From NCBI GenBank assembly GCA_973895155.1, contig OZ316895.1, positions 6,158,687-6,222,686 on the forward strand: a stretch of 64,000 nt of DNA, written 5' to 3'. Source of the stretch: Marsupella aquatica. Lineage: Eukaryota > Plantae > Marchantiophyta. Numbering within the stretch: position 1 is the stretch's first letter; each line of letters starts with the position of its first letter. The notes below the pieces were generated by a model. That model made no database searches. It saw only the letters and a program-made list of their open reading frames with translations, and was not told the DNA's origin. The position numbers were made by a program, and so were the translations under genes. Positions 46,916 to 62,049 of the stretch are shown one piece after another.

Positions 46916-49900
46916 TGCAACACGAATTGTGTCATGCATACTTTATGGATGAATCATTGTAGGTATATAGTTATGTTCAACGCACAGTGGTGCAAACTGT
47001 CGCATTGACCACTTCAATTTTCGAACCAGTTGTACTAGAGATCTGGAGAACTCTAAATCAATTCTTTAATTTACTGAAAATGATGTCAATGTATTATTGT
47101 TTCGCGTGTAGTCCATAGACCTGCGCCACATCCTGAAGGATAACCAACAAATGCGCCAAAGACCGAAAGGTTTTACGGAGATAATCCGTCTAAAATACTC
47201 TGGATTTGACATGATACACCACATCGAGATTTGAAATTTTCTCTTTGTAGAACACATCCACGAGTACATTATTTACAAACAGGGCTGGTTCTCGCTTCTG
47301 CTTATCTGTTTGCAATTGTGCCTCTTACATAAAATGTCTAAGGAATAGACCAACCATCGATGGAAACTAAAAACTCCAACCATCGATGAGAACTGAAACT
47401 CAGCTCCCTGTTTAAACATATAGTGGACGCTCCTGTTTTCCCTCGATGTTTAGTGCTCCGTTTGGTGCTGGAAAATCGTCGGTTTTATAGTCAACCCTGC
47501 AGGAAAAATTTGTTTTCTGCACAGATGCAATGAACTGCACCTTTGCTCACCTGTAAAACAAGCCGAGCTTCAAGACAGCAGCAGTTCATATTTTACACCG
47601 AGACCTTAAGTACCCTTGAAGTGTCTTTGATCTTTAGAAAGCGTGGCAGAGAGCATTGAGAACTGCATACATTGAGGAAGAAAGCTCCGCAATTCATAGT
47701 ACCAGCCAGGAAGTCCCAGATCTATGGCCTCTTTTGATAATTCAATTGGAACCTCGCGTTCTGAAGGTGTTTGAAATAAGTTCACTCATTTTTAGTTGGT
47801 GATCGGATATGGTCAAAAAGAATTGAGGATGCTCTGCCATTGACAGATTCGGGTTTGCCAGACTGCACGTTATCTTTCTTCATAAACTTCTCCTGTCTTC
47901 AATCCACTTTTATGATGTTCTCTCTAAAGATTTATGTTCTACTGACTACTTATGATTTCTACGATCCTTCATAAATTTGTCAGGAAAACCCTGTATGAGC
48001 ACATGGAAGTACAGGTAGTATCAGCAAAGACGGAAGGGTGAAAGCAAAAGTGAAGCTCATAACCGCAGGCGAATGGCGGAGACGAAATTGATGAAGGGAA
48101 AGCTTTCAATACAAAGCTTCGTTCAGGGACATTGATGTCAGTCAAATGCAGACAATAACACGAGCTCCACTGACTTTAATGAAATCCTAGCCCAAGGCAA
48201 AACAACAAAGATGCTTGCACAGCATTCCAAGCAAGGAGAACACAGGGCAAATTCTTGAGCTCAAAACTTTTGAGTATTACTACTGAAAAGAGAAATTGAG
48301 AAGAGAGAAAAATGGAATGATAGTGAATTCTAGAAGTACAAACGGATGTACTCTAAAGTCTCACCAGTTCAACTCATCTATTATTAGTCGATTCAGAGGT
48401 GCCTTTGCATGAACGCTTGCCCACAAACTAGTTGCCGGTCTTCACCTTTGCTCTGGTGATGAACCAGAGGGAAGCCAAACCTGCTGCCTAAAAATCTCGA
48501 CAGCCTCAAGATTGTAATGCGTGGCTATCATTATCAAACTAGCAAATTGCAGATGTTACGGAAAGTTCACACCTTGTGGAATGGCAGTAATAAACAAATA
48601 TCTGAAGTCATTCCTCCCCCTATTTTCCATCAGATAAGTCTTGCAAAACCTCAAAAGAGGTACTTGCTTTTTCGGACTAGTTTACTTGGATTGGTATGCT
48701 TCCAAGCTTCATCTTTCAAATAATGAACTCGTGCATTCCTCTCTTCTTGTTCAGATTGGAAGAATTGTCGTATTGAATCCGCATAAGAATGCAGAATGGC
48801 TACATTCTATTTCTATGTGGAGGTGCACCATTTGGGGCTTTGTTTCAATTTGTTCGCTTGGGTATTCTCCCTAGATGTGCAGCTTGCCCAAAAGCGCTTT
48901 CCCTTTCAGAAACAAAATTGGCGCCATTTCAAAATCAAAACATTTAGATATTAGAGACTGAACAGAATATGTCATTAAAAGAGTGATGAGAGATGTAAAA
49001 GTTCATAAGTGGAAGCTCAGATAGACACAAAACCCTGCCCGTCAAATGGACTCAGTAACCAAAATTGTCACCAGTGAATTCCAAATCCTTCAGTAGAACC
49101 TGAAAAGGTTGCCATTAACTGGTCAGAGTACCAGAGGAATCTAGTGAAAACCTTCTATTATGGTTAGTCAAATGCATAGTTATCTGTCATTTATGGAACT
49201 GAAGTGTAAAACTTCCTGTGTGAGCAGGCTAAGTAAGCTTAATAAAACATTCCATTGGTGCTCATAAAAAGGTTTCACATGTCATGTGAGCATCTTGTCA
49301 AATGTATGCGTCCATCAGAGCTTTCACTTCTCCTGTTTGGCACTTTTGTGACATATATTACTAAGGCATGCTTGGATAAACTTCACAAACTTGACGAACA
49401 GCACCCAAATGTTAGAATTTGCTTAGATAGTCCACTTTACACCAAAGATTAAGAAATGTGATGTTAATGGATATCTAGCCAGTGAGTATAAACGACCATC
49501 TTCTGAGTTGAATCGCTCAATCTCTTAAGACCCAATTTAGCTTGTTGGAGAGGGCATTGAATGAGCCCAATCACAGTTAGAAAGTGGCTTACAAGCGCCA
49601 AAAAGCAAAGCAAGATGGGTTTGAAGGCATTCTCAACTTGGTACTGTAGCCCAGTCTGATGCCATATTCCTGTCTGTGTGACTCTAACATGAGACCCATC
49701 TGAATTGCATGGTTCAGCGCAAGGTCATGGTTGTCCACCCAGGCTTCATCTTCTCCTTGGTTGGGAAATACAAGTTTTCATCTCACTTTTGACAGTTCCT
49801 GTGGAGTTGTCACTTAGTCCGTCAGCAAAGTAGAACTTCCTGCTACACCTGAAAAGGTTTTCAATGTCAATAAGCATTGAGGCTAATGATTTTCCCTTGG

Positions 49901-51184
49901 ATTTTTAGCTGAAGCAATTTCATGATAAAATTTTGGCAAAATGACCAGAATTAAGTTATGACTGTCTGATGTGATGGTGCTATCACGTGTAAGGTGCTCA
50001 AAAGGGCTATTTATAAGACCCTTAGTTTGCAACTTGAATTCGATCTCTCCAGGCATTCAACCTGGAGGCCTCAGCCAAAAATTTTAATATTTTAGTGAAA
50101 CTGTTCACTTATTATTAAATATGAACAAAAGTAGGCTACACTTTAGGGAAGTCTCAGAGAAATGGAAACCTGGAAGAACCTCCATGTTTGGCAAAAAGAC
50201 TGGGGTATATTTTTGCCACCCGGATGGACTGCAGCAAAACCCTCTTTCTACTCATATACTACATTTTACACGAATGAGTGAGATTAGAAATTAGATTATT
50301 TGGTATCTTTGAAAATTTGTAGGTCTCTCAATTCTTAATGAAATTTAGAATTGGTCATTGGAAAGAAGGTGCCCAGCAGTTTCTAACAAACCCAGGAAAC
50401 AATACTCAGTTGAATATTCATGGAGGTACTGATTGTCAAAGTTAGCTACTAATTAACTGAGTTCTGAAAGTGTAAGGTGTGGACACTGAGTGATGGATTG
50501 TTATTAAGAAATTAATATTCTCTCAATTCTTCGTGAAAACTAGATATATTAGATGGTTGGAAAGATCTTTCCAACCCGCTTCTAAGGAGTGCAAGAAGAG
50601 CCAATTATGCTGCATGGAAAGAGGGATATTGATCAAACTTTGTTGCTGAAGGCTTTTTGGAAATGAGAAGGGTGTAAATAAGTGCAAGTGTTAAAGGTGT
50701 CACTGTGCATGGACGTAGTATGGATCACAGGCTAGGTCCATAGGAGAATCTCTTTCCAAGCAGGAAGACAGGATCCCAAGGGCCATAGATCCAATAAAGG
50801 GGAAAGAATAATGGAAATACCAAGGGAAGACCAAAGAGCCAAATAGTCCCCTACAATAGCAAAAGAACTGAACATTTTTTAGCACAAAAGTGAAAAGCCT
50901 AGTAAAGCTCCCGAGTCAACTAAATAGAACCAGTACAATGCCAAAAGAACTAATAAAAGCCCAATTGAGTAGCCAGCTGAATTCTCTTTCTGAATGACAA
51001 AAGAACCACAGCCCTACTAAGCACCAAAGTGAAATACCCTCAACCAACCAGAAAATAAAGAAAAGCTCTCCAAAGCAAAAAAAAAAATAGAAAAGCCTTG
51101 TAAAGCTCTGGAGTAAACCAACTCATTGGCAAGCTCACAAAAGAGGAATTTGTGTCCCACCTTAGAACAAACCCGGCCCCCTCG

Positions 51185-51210
51185 CCCCCCCCCCCCCCCC
51201 CCCCCCCCCC
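51185..51210. repeat. Poly-C homopolymer (~26 nt)
   Basis: Directly visible; run length may be affected by sequencing. Confidence 0.9.
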
Positions 51211-54200
51211 TTAGGCCCTACTAAATTAGTTTCTATCTATCTAGATGTATTTATCTTTAAAAAGGTTGATACACGTGCGAGATTACCATTAGGTGAAGAA
51301 TGTGTACTCTTTCATCGTCACGACACATCTAAACCCAAAACCACGCCGTACAAGACAGAAGTCACCAAAAGGGACTCTCCAAAGTCTAAAACTCTTTTCA
51401 GTAAAGTTGGATTAAGTTTGATCAAGGTGGCCAAATTCGGGTAGCTTGGAGCGGGGGCAAATAAGAGGCGCGAGAGAATTGCTTCATCGCTTGCTTGCGT
51501 GTTGAAGCCAGAGGGCTGCTCAGAAGAAGAAGGTGAGCTTGAATGACGATTGCGAGAAAGAAAGCAAGCTACAGCGGCAATTAGTGCAGATTGCACAAGT
51601 ACAGTCCAAGAAGGACGCCCGGTAGATTTTCGTACCCATGTGCAGAAGGAGGCCACGAATTCGGGCTAAATGAGCCAAAGAGGAGAGCCCGAAGAGCGAG
51701 TGCGTACCTCATGCGTCTCTCTGTTCCAATTGCTCGCTTTGCCTTTGCACTAGAGGCCAAAAACCGGCATGTACGTTCTCAGGGGCGGCAGCGCGGACCC
51801 CACCAAAGGGGGCGAAGAATGACAAGACTGATAATGACTTGGCTTGGCGAGCAAGCCGGAATCATGATCAACCGATCGATCGTTCGATTCGTTCCGACTT
51901 CGGATTTGTTTATAAACCAACCATCAAGTGCGCAATGAATTATGAATGATCGCTGATCGAGTGAGCCCTCGTAAGTCTTAACCCCGACCTGCAAAGCAAG
52001 CGGGCTCCAGAAGTCTGGACATGGCAATGTACGTAACGACTGAACTGAGCATGACTGTCAAGACGCGAATGCCTTACATAGAGACTTCGAAATTGATGAT
52101 GCAAGCGCCTTTCGTAAGGACTGTAACAGTGTCGCATACACGGTGTTCCACGAGGACCATGATGCTAGGTAGTAGAAAGGTTGGTTTCATTCTACTGTAG
52201 AGGTCTACGTAGACGGAGAGGATGGTAGACACGGTGACTAAACCCATCACAGGAAGGACCTTCAAGACCCTACAAAGTAGGAGAAAGCATGTAGACAAGC
52301 CGGTGGCGTGGACTCTATAGATCCTAGTCAAGCACTTTCCTCATCCACGCCCTTTGAAACCCAATGAAATCCCGGCAGTTGACGTTGCAAAGCGGCGAAT
52401 TAGGATCTGCGAACAGTCCATCTTTATGTCCATCATCACTGCGTCGTGTCTGGGTTTGCAGTTTTGCACGGCGGTGCAGGCCAGGCAAAGGTGGTGGTGG
52501 CTGGTGCCGGTGGGTGCATCATATTATTGAGTACGTGGGTTACTCGGTTCTGTTTCGCTCTTGCAAAGACCCTCCCGCCTCCCTCCCAAGTTGAGATACT
52601 CTCATTGTTAACACATGACTGTTTTGTGACGGTCCGGAGACCTGAAATGTACCTTAAAATCATTATTCGAGTGATTTCAGACCAGACAAATTGGAGATCG
52701 TCAATAACTTATCGACAATAATTTACCAGAACGTACCTCGGCCAGCAATGATGCATTAGATTATCGCCACTCAATCCGAATTCTAGAACGTACTACACAC
52801 TACACACAATTGCAACAAACAGAAAGTCTGCTGGCACTACTTCGGATGTAAATCTGCTCGAATTGAAATACTCATCGAGAGTACGTATGCTGTTCGACAC
52901 ATTTGATGACAACCTGTCAAACCCGCCGAGTCCTTAATTTTGTGGTAGAAACTGTCACTTCAGTAGCTCCAGGCGAAGGAGATCAGGTTCGAGGGAGCTC
53001 CGAAATATATACGGTGGGACACTGCAGCAGCTGCTGGTGACGATAGCCGAAAGCGTCTTTGTCATAACATAGCTGCCGTTCGAAACTTTTAGAAAGAAAC
53101 AGGTGTGATACATGGTTGTTGTCTTAGCCTCATGCTGTATGATGAGCATAACATTGCAGCGTTATAAGCAACGGAAAACTGAAAAGCTTAAGCAACCAAT
53201 GTGATCGATGGTTCACAGTGAATTCAAGCGAAAGTTGAAGCTGAGAAAAGAACTACGGAAGATAATTTGTACAACCAGTTCGAGAAGAATTCGGAAGGTG
53301 GTGAGTTTTCTCACACATAATTGCTCGGATTCCGTTGGCATGACACACTGGGTCGATTGTCGGGAGAGTCGGTCTACTACCATCAATACGGGCATGGAAA
53401 GTACTTGAGAATGCCCGCGCGTAACGTATTGATGGTAGTAGACCATCAATACTTTGTTTATAAAAAGTGTGTATATTTCTTCTACTTGAGAATGCAGGGT
53501 ATAATTCATGGTACCAATCAGAACACCAGTAACTAAGCACAACAAGGGCTCCCCGTTCCCTTATGCCATGAGTTATTCTCCCAAGGTAGGGTAGTCATGG
53601 TAATAATAATAAGACAATAAGAGAAGGAAAAATAAAATGAGGAGAAATGGGACACCCCTTACCTTTTCATTGGGTTTTTTTTTAGGAGGGGGAGGGGGAG
53701 GTAGCCAGGCCAAGAGAAAGGGGGAGATGAGGCCATGAGGACTAGGGGGGATGTCACCCTCCACCTAGGGTTGTGGTAATGAGTGTCTTTTTTTGTTGTT
53801 ATCATTTACTGTATGTCCCTTATTACTTTTGTAACAATATCTTTTTGACATGGACATCTTTCATGCAGTTTCATGTTTCACGCAATGTACAAGTATTGAA
53901 CATGACCACAATAACTGTATGGTCAGGATCACAAATAACATGTCCCAATAATTACATTTTAAAACTTATATTTTCTTGCCTTGCCTTGACATTTTATCTC
54001 ACCATCTTTTTCTCATCTTGATATCTTTTTCTGATCTTGTCATCTTTTTCTCACCTTCATATCTTTATCTCATCATGGCACCGTTTCTCTCCTCGACATC
54101 TTTTCTCACCTTGATTTCTTTTCCTCACCTCGATGTCTTTTTTCACTTCGAGATGCTTTCTTCACCTTCATATCTTTTGTGCAACACTCAGGCATGGGGC

Positions 54201-57200
54201 TAGTTCCAATCTAAACATTCAGGTTTTTGTCTGCCGCAACAAGTTGTTATTCATTAATCTCCCAAATAGTTTTCGTATTCATTTGGAGCATTGTGATTCC
54301 TGATTTTACAAACACTTTCAACATGCCTGGGTTTTGTAGATATGTTGGCAATCTTCCCTATCTACTGTAGTCCGACATGTCAACTTGCAACTACTGTAAA
54401 ACAGAAAGACAGAATAGAAGTCAATTAAATGTTCACAACTACAGTAAGATGACTTCGATACACATAGCAACTTGTCTATGACTATATGACCTTACATCAA
54501 GCCCGTAGTATAATAGGGATGCCATAAGAAGCTCCCAGCAACTGGTTGGCATGCCCTAGTCTGCTAAGCAAGGGCCAAAGTCCTTGAGGGTTTGTGTTGC
54601 ACTGTTGCAATACTTGTTGTAAGTTTTGAGTAAGTTTTATAGATAGTAGCATTTGACAAGACCTGTTATTAAAAAGAACATTTGACAGGCAGTATCAGTT
54701 TTCTTCTATTTGGAAGACAAGGTTTCCAAACACAATATAGTTAGGACTCTCAGGCTTTTGGGTTCTTTGGTAGTATTTTTTTTCCTATTTTTCTCCCGAC
54801 CCTATTCCGGGACTTCAGCCTTAGTTTGGGATCTTGTCTCTCAGTTAGACAATTTATGCTCATTGGGAGAGTGATATACGAGGTGATATATACACTTGAC
54901 AAGATAAAACTCACATCTTTGTAAAATATCATTTTTTATCCAATTAACATCATTTAGATATTTCTCATTTTGATAATAAAAAGTGCTTGGTTGATTGGAA
55001 TCTTCAAGTCAATTGCTCTCCTTACATATTTTGAGGTATAAGTAAGTATTGAAGCCTGCAACCAACTCATTAGGGCATCTCAAAGCTTCAATATGATAAG
55101 CCTTAGCTTAGTAGTTAAGGTTAGCTACAGGAAAAGTTATGGACTACCAAATTGATAAACAAGTTTGTAATTTTTTGCCATAAATTGGTCTTATATGCCA
55201 TGACCATAAATCACTCTAGAGAGTAATGAACAAAACAAAAGTGGCCAAAAGCTTTGAGATGCCCCGTTAAATTGAGATGCAATATACGGGCCAGGCTATG
55301 GGCTACCCATGGATGTATTGCTTTTCAAAGTCTCCAGAGCCCATCCCTCTCTCAAAACTAACCAGCCAACCCATATTAAAAAGTATGGTGTGTCATAAGA
55401 ATGTGAAACGGAGGAAAGGAATATCATTAAAAATTATAATAATAACTACAAAACTTGAACGATTTCAAAGCTTGCTGAGCCCCCCAAGTTCTTGGAGTAT
55501 AGGTGCCCACCAAACTAGAATTATAAATTAGAGTAGTATCTGGATCTTCTGCAAAGCTGAAACGGAGGTATTAATCTAACTGACAATGTATATGGATTGA
55601 AAAGGGAATTAAATCCTGGCAGAAGTGCAATCTAGGATCTCGGCTAGGATGTGTTTACAAACTTGCAGATCGAATCCGCACACCTCCTGGAACAACAGAG
55701 TGAACATGAACCAGCTGTGGTCCCGTGTAGCTGCAGCTGTGGTCCCGTGGAGCTATCGAGCTACACGGCTGATGCGCTATTGATAAAGAAAGGGAGCGAT
55801 GGCGAGGAGCAGTTTGCAGTCAGGCGCCATCAGCTGAACATGCTGAATCTCTCAAAGTAGTCTTTGTCAGTCCTAAGTAAACCACTTCTCAGGCTGCATA
55901 ACAAATTAACATTGGTATCGAACGAAGGCGGTACCATGCAAATTGCCCCTTGCACGTGATTGCACATCTACAATGTCTGAGAACTTGCTGTGTACATCAG
56001 TGCAGGTTCTCATTAGTGGTCAAAAGCTGCTGCAGTCTAACTCAACACTTGACTTGCATTGGACGGAAGCTGGTCGCAATCATCATTCTTTCAGATTCTC
56101 AGAAACGAACCCGGTCCCACGCCTATACGACGAGGATATTTTTGTTCCCATCGATTTCGGCGAAAAAGTTTTCGCCTTAGATATCCTTGTCTTCTGGGTT
56201 GCACGTATCAACACAGGTGGGTTATGTACAGAACTTCTTTTCTCCTCTTTTCTTCACAAAAGGAATTGCGTAGCGTACCGGATTCTCAATACCACCCGAG
56301 AGCACGGTCGTCGACTTCAACGAGCCGACATACAGTAATTGCGACCCTTACTTCCCCGCAGTAGATTCTTACAGATGAACGGCACCACGAAGCGCCCCTT
56401 CCTCGAATAATAGTCCCCGGACGGAGTACAGCACGGGGTCACGGGGTCACACGCGACGAGAAGTTGAAACGGCATCGACATTTTGACATCTTACAGACAA
56501 ACCTTGTATAATACTAGCTTACGGACGAAACCTCGCATGATATTACAGTAAACCTTCAGTATTGCCACGAAACACGACGGACTGTAGCAGGTTTTCTTAA
56601 GAACTCTATTAATTAATTTTGGTAACTTGGATCCACCAAGTTTTGCTCCAGGGACACCAGACATCTAACACTGAGAAGTAACTAAAACATAGATTTCAAT
56701 TCTGGACACAATTGCTAAGTGTGAACTTTGCTGGTGTAAACTTCCCTTAGTTTATTCAATTTTCAAAACCTGGGACCTCATGTTTCAGGCCCTTGGTTAT
56801 CCACCCTATGCCATCAGGCCTGCCTAATGAGGAGGTTGAGGCATAGAATCTCATCAATGTTGGACTGTCACTTGTTCAGTTGAGGACCGGAAACTCAAGG
56901 GTCATCCACATGTAAAACTACTCTTACATTTGCAGCCCTCAACTATGGCATGAGATGATTGACTGAGATTTTCATGCCTACTTTCCCTCTGCAAGCACGC
57001 TTGACAATATCTCATGTGGTGAACCAAGGGCAAAGGCAGGAAACTTTCCAGCACTTGAGATCCTCACATGTGAAATCTTAATATTGAAAAACAATGAAGT
57101 AAGGTCACCAAAGTTGGGACAAGCTACACCTAGAAGCAACTTATGCCCGAACTTAGGGAGAACTCAGGCGCGGGGGTCTCATCATATAGAGGCCACCCCA

Positions 57201-59374
57201 TCACCTGCGACATTTTTAGGTCTGGGACCCCCTAAAATGTAAGATTTGTTATCAAACCCCATAAAGTTAAAATATTCTTGAAATATTTCAAAAATGGTTA
57301 GAAGGACCCTAATGTTCTTATAAGTCTCAAAATTGGATTTAAAAAACCCTATTATTCTTCTGAGAAGTCTTCATTTTCAACCATAAAATGATCTTATCAT
57401 TTGTGGTAAGTGATGTGTCACTTTTGTGGATTGAAATAAAACCCCCAATAACTAAGAGCCTTAATTAACAGAAATGGCTGCTTACATGCAAGGCAAGCCT
57501 TAATGATTGACTACAATCCACAGGGTATAAGTGCATTGTGTCTAAGTGCCTTATGTGCTTAACTACAGGCTGGTCATGCAGTCCTTGATAGAACTTTCCT
57601 TTGGAAAATGCGCACCGTGTGTAAGTGCAGGTCGACTGTCACTAAAGGACAAATACCTAAGTGCACTTCCGTGTGAGCACACAGCAGTCATCATGATATA
57701 TCTTAGCGGCATGTGCAGGGCGATGTTGATATTAACCCAAGTGGACCTGGTTAAATGGGTGGCATTTCCTTTTAGAAATACCGTTCATGTTTTGTTTAAG
57801 CCTGTATGGACCAAGCCCATGAACCAGTCAAACCCCAAGTACACTGATATGTTTACCCCTTCACACATCATTTCATATCCTGAGGCCACGTCATCCTTGG
57901 GCATTGGGCCATTGGCCATTTGGCCCCATTCTTCACACACCCTTCACATTTTCAAAAGTTTTAACAGAACCATTTACCCTTCAACACCTCTTTTGATACG
58001 CAACTGAATAGACTCTTTTGGGGCTCGTTGAAAGAGACTTGGACGGATCTTTGGGATGAGTCTAATAAACCTACCAGAGGATTTATCATACTCCAGAGGA
58101 ATATCAATTTCCAAAGATCACTAAAATCCTTATGGTCCTCACTTTACACTTCTAAAAACATTTCAGCAATTAAATTTGACATCCAATATCTCCCTTGATT
58201 TCCAATATATTCGGTCAGTTTTGGTCCCGATTGAAGCAGCTTTGAAAGATCTTTGCAATTCAAACTTCATTGTGAATTTAACTCCAACAATTTTTGAAAG
58301 ATGCTTGTCTAGTTTTCTTGTCATGTTTCACTTATAGGTGCAAATATGTACCATATAAACAAGAAAAAGAGTTTCGATGCAGTCATCTTATCCGAGCAAT
58401 TATGGCAAACCTGGAGGCGGGGCTCAATTGCAAATTTAGTAACTCTGTACCTCAAATAGACGCGCCACCTAAAGAGGAAACGACATCCAGGCATGTCTAT
58501 AATAGTTAAAACCGTAAAAGCTTTTATGACACTAACTTACAATGAGAAACGCGAATGATACGGAATCAAATGACACACTCGCATAAGACAAAGACCTGCC
58601 GCACATCCAAACCCACAGCGACGAGAGGCACCATTAAGCCGGCGCGTGCCTACCGCATGTGATGCGGTGTTCATCCTGCGGGTGAGAAGGGTGCCACCTG
58701 CGGTTCGAACTCTGCTTCAGCGAGCCAAATGAGGGGGCGTGGCAGGAGTGCTCCGCATGTTTCGGGACCGCCAGAGTAGGGGCAGGAAAGCAACCCTGCC
58801 AGCCAGTTAGCCAGCTCGTTGGACCGTCTCTCTTATACTTTCTGTAATTCTGTCTGCCGGTCTCTTGTTGTACTGTTGCTGTCGCTACTCTATCCGCTTG
58901 TCTACCTTTTCGCACTTGCCATTGGACAAAAAACTGACCCAGTGATCCAGGCAACATTCGTTCGTTTTAGTGGCAAAAATTAGTAAGATTCCAAAAGGGG
59001 GTTCGTCACTTTCTCGAAAATTAGCTTTGATCTTTGTCTCCGGTTAGTCAGTTTTTCAGAAATTAGTCAAACTCTAGCGATTATTCTTAAATGTAGAGAA
59101 ATTTGAATTTAAGTCTAGGAGGATCTGACTGTCGGAAATTAATTGAGAAAACTTAGATAAAGAAGATTCCAAGGTGTTAGCCACCTCGACAAAACTGGAA
59201 ATAACCTTAAAAAATTAAGCTGGACACAATGCACTTGCAATTGCTCAATAATTTCCTAACAAATGTGAGGTGTGGGCCTAAGCGGTAGGACTCGTTGAAC
59301 GGCCACTTTCTACTTTTGCCAGAGTCCCCTGAAAATCTATCCCACCTCAATGAATATATCTCTAACAACTTCTA

Positions 59375-60940
59375 ACTACAATGCCACTAAAGTTGTCCAA
59401 AATTGCAATACTGTCACATTTTTTTCTGTATTTGTAATACTGCCACAGTTTCACTGTGCGCATACAGTACAAAAGACAAGCTTAACCATGGGTTTAGGTT
59501 CTGTCCAGTATGGGACATTCCGTCAACACTGTCCCTCTCGCTATCCGTCACTTGGAAGTGTCTACACACCCTAAACCATGCGCTCAAGTTCTCTGAGGCG
59601 ACTGTCAACAAAAGTCTCCATTCTGAAAACAGTGTTGGGGGGACTTTGTGGTTGACATAGTGTTTGGCGAGTGGAAGTCGGAGCCCAAAGTGTATGTCCA
59701 AGGTCAAAGTGGATGTGCAAACGTCAAAGTGGGTGCGGGAGCTGAAGTCGCATCTTCAGCAGCAGCTAGCATAGACAACCTGACCCCCGCTGAAGTCGTC
59801 CCTTCATTGCCAGCATTGGATACAACAGCTAAAGAGGTATTCCTAATGATCAATCACTTGTGTTCCTGTTTGTGCTTTGGGTAATGATGGAGCTTTTGGC
59901 ACTGTCCACATTGTCATGACCACTAGCTACCGATGTTGAAGAAACAGAGTTTGTTTCAGTGTTTTGGTTACTTCATTCATGTGTCCCACGGTGCCGATTA
60001 AATACTGAATGTTACTAGTCAATGAGGCATAGATGAAATGTGATGTTCGGAATAATCAGAGTCTGGTGTCCACTATTCTTCAATTGTCGGCTCGATCTGC
60101 CTTTACCTGAATTGGCCTACTATTAATGTTGATGAAGAAATCCACTCGACACATAACGGAAAGAACAGAGTCCTGAATAGATTCAAGCGATCAATGCTCA
60201 CATTGCAATTTCTTGTACCATACATTACATTGAGAACTCCACACGAAACAAATCTAGTGCAGCAACAAAAAATTAGCAACAATATTAGGCATTGCACTCA
60301 CGCCACAATGACTTTATGTCAAGAAATGGTTCTACCTGGATACAGCACGAACAGAAAATGCTATTGTAGGAGTGTCAGTACTTGAAGTACTTTGGCGGCT
60401 TTGTTCCGGTGTTCAATGCTGATGTTTGTGACTCCTGAAGAGCTTCGATTTGAATATTGAGCTGCAGCTGCGGAGAACGGCTTACAGGGCAATTGTTGTG
60501 CCTTCGCGCATGTGTAAGCGATGTTGCTTTGCATCGCTTCATCCCTTCAATTCTCTCGTGTTCGTGTTCTCTCTCAAAAAATGTAGCATTCAATGATATT
60601 CCATGCAGTTGCCACAATGTCTGCCATGCATCTTCATCAATTTGTTCCACACCAAAAACTGAAGTTGTCACATTGTCCATGGGATCCTCGATCCAAAAAT
60701 GTCTCCCTGCTCAGGAGACTGACGGAAATGATACCAACACGCACATAACTAACCACCTACTCCACCACGACGGAAGTTCTAACCCTATGCAGTCTAAACA
60801 AAAATTGTAGCGAATCAGCAAGAAACACATGGCAGTCAAGTTCACCAAGGTAACCACATACGAAAACCGTGACATTTTTACAAATACGAAAAAAAGGGTG
60901 GCAATATTGTAATTTTGGACAACTTTAGTGGCAATGTAGT
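59375..60940. mobile_element. Non-autonomous DNA transposon with ~75-bp TIRs and TA flanks; decayed internal coding remnants on the minus strand
   Basis: actacaatgccactaaagttgtccaaaatt pairs with aattttggacaactttagtggcaatgtagt (1 mismatch), and similarity continues for ~75 bp. TA at 59373-59374 and 60941-60942. Internal ORF 60375-60680 and a CGQCQKLHH remnant near 59870-59915. Confidence 0.8.
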
Positions 60941-61404
60941 TAAAGGAATGTGTTCTCAGATGGACCAAGCTTATGAGCCATACAATCCCCATCGACCCTG
61001 AGACTCTGTATTTGCTCACAGTCACTCTTCCGACATCCAATTTTTTTTATCAGCAGACTCTTACGTCCAATATCTGCCTTGATATGTAAGCGACTGCTCT
61101 TGTGATTTCATTCAAAGCTGCTTGGAGAGATGTTTCTAAGAGTCTTGCTCTTTGGGTCAATTCATTAAAGCTGCTTGGAGAGATGTTTCTAAGAGTACGA
61201 GTTTCATTGAGAATTCAACAGGCTACAAATTTTGAAAGATGATTGTCTTGTTTGCTGTCACATTTTACTCTGGTATGATATGTTACCCCTGAAATACTCA
61301 TTTGAGCAGGAGTGAGGGTTTGGCTCCTTTCCATCGCAGTTGCTGTTAAGGTCTATCTGAGTATTTAGGAGACCATGGAAATATATTTTTGAAGTTGCTA
61401 TATG

Positions 61405-62032
61405 GTGAATCCACCTTTCAGATTTTGTCTTATCCAGATTTTGTGTTCAGTATTTTTATTTTAATGTGCCTACACCTTTCAGATTTTGTCTTATCCAAAT
61501 TTTGTGTTCAGTATTTTTATTTTAAATGTGCCTAAACTAGGTGAATCATTTGTATTAATTTGATTTTTAATTAACTTTTGAACCCATTTTAATTTTAGTA
61601 AACTTAGAGTATTTTTGAAGTATTTGGCTCCCCTCATAAATGTTTAATCTTTCCTTTTTGATCATTCCATAATCAGTTATCATTTTTCTCATGAAAGTGA
61701 GAGAAATGAGTTTAAACAATGTGCACATTTGGTGTAGTAAGTTCCCCTCCTGGTTTCGTTTACAAAATTTAGGGTTTGTATTGAGTTGATTGTCTTTGCC
61801 TAGAAGCAAGTGAAAAATCTGTACTGTATGTGCACAACTCTTTAGTACCCTTTGTATTTACTTGGTCATAATGTGTTTTTCTTTACATGTGTACTCCCTC
61901 TTAATTATCACATATTAATTTCTTGGCATATATTTTAGATGTACTTACTTCTTTTATCATTAAAGAAATCAAATAAATTACATATCACTACAAGACAAAA
62001 AAAGAGACATGTTCCAGGATGAACATGCTATA
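61405..62032 (+). mobile_element. Dispersed AT-rich repeat, copy 2, with an internal ~60-bp tandem duplication (61412-61533)
   Basis: Matches 39680-40250; cacctttcagattttgtcttatcca..tattttt occurs twice. Confidence 0.8.
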
Positions 62033-62049
62033 ATAGGAGAATATGGAAG

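Noticed and set aside
51318-58957. Numerous 60-150-aa ORFs in the right-hand intergenic region
   Set aside because: No recognisable domains and many non-ATG starts; consistent with chance ORFs or TE debris.
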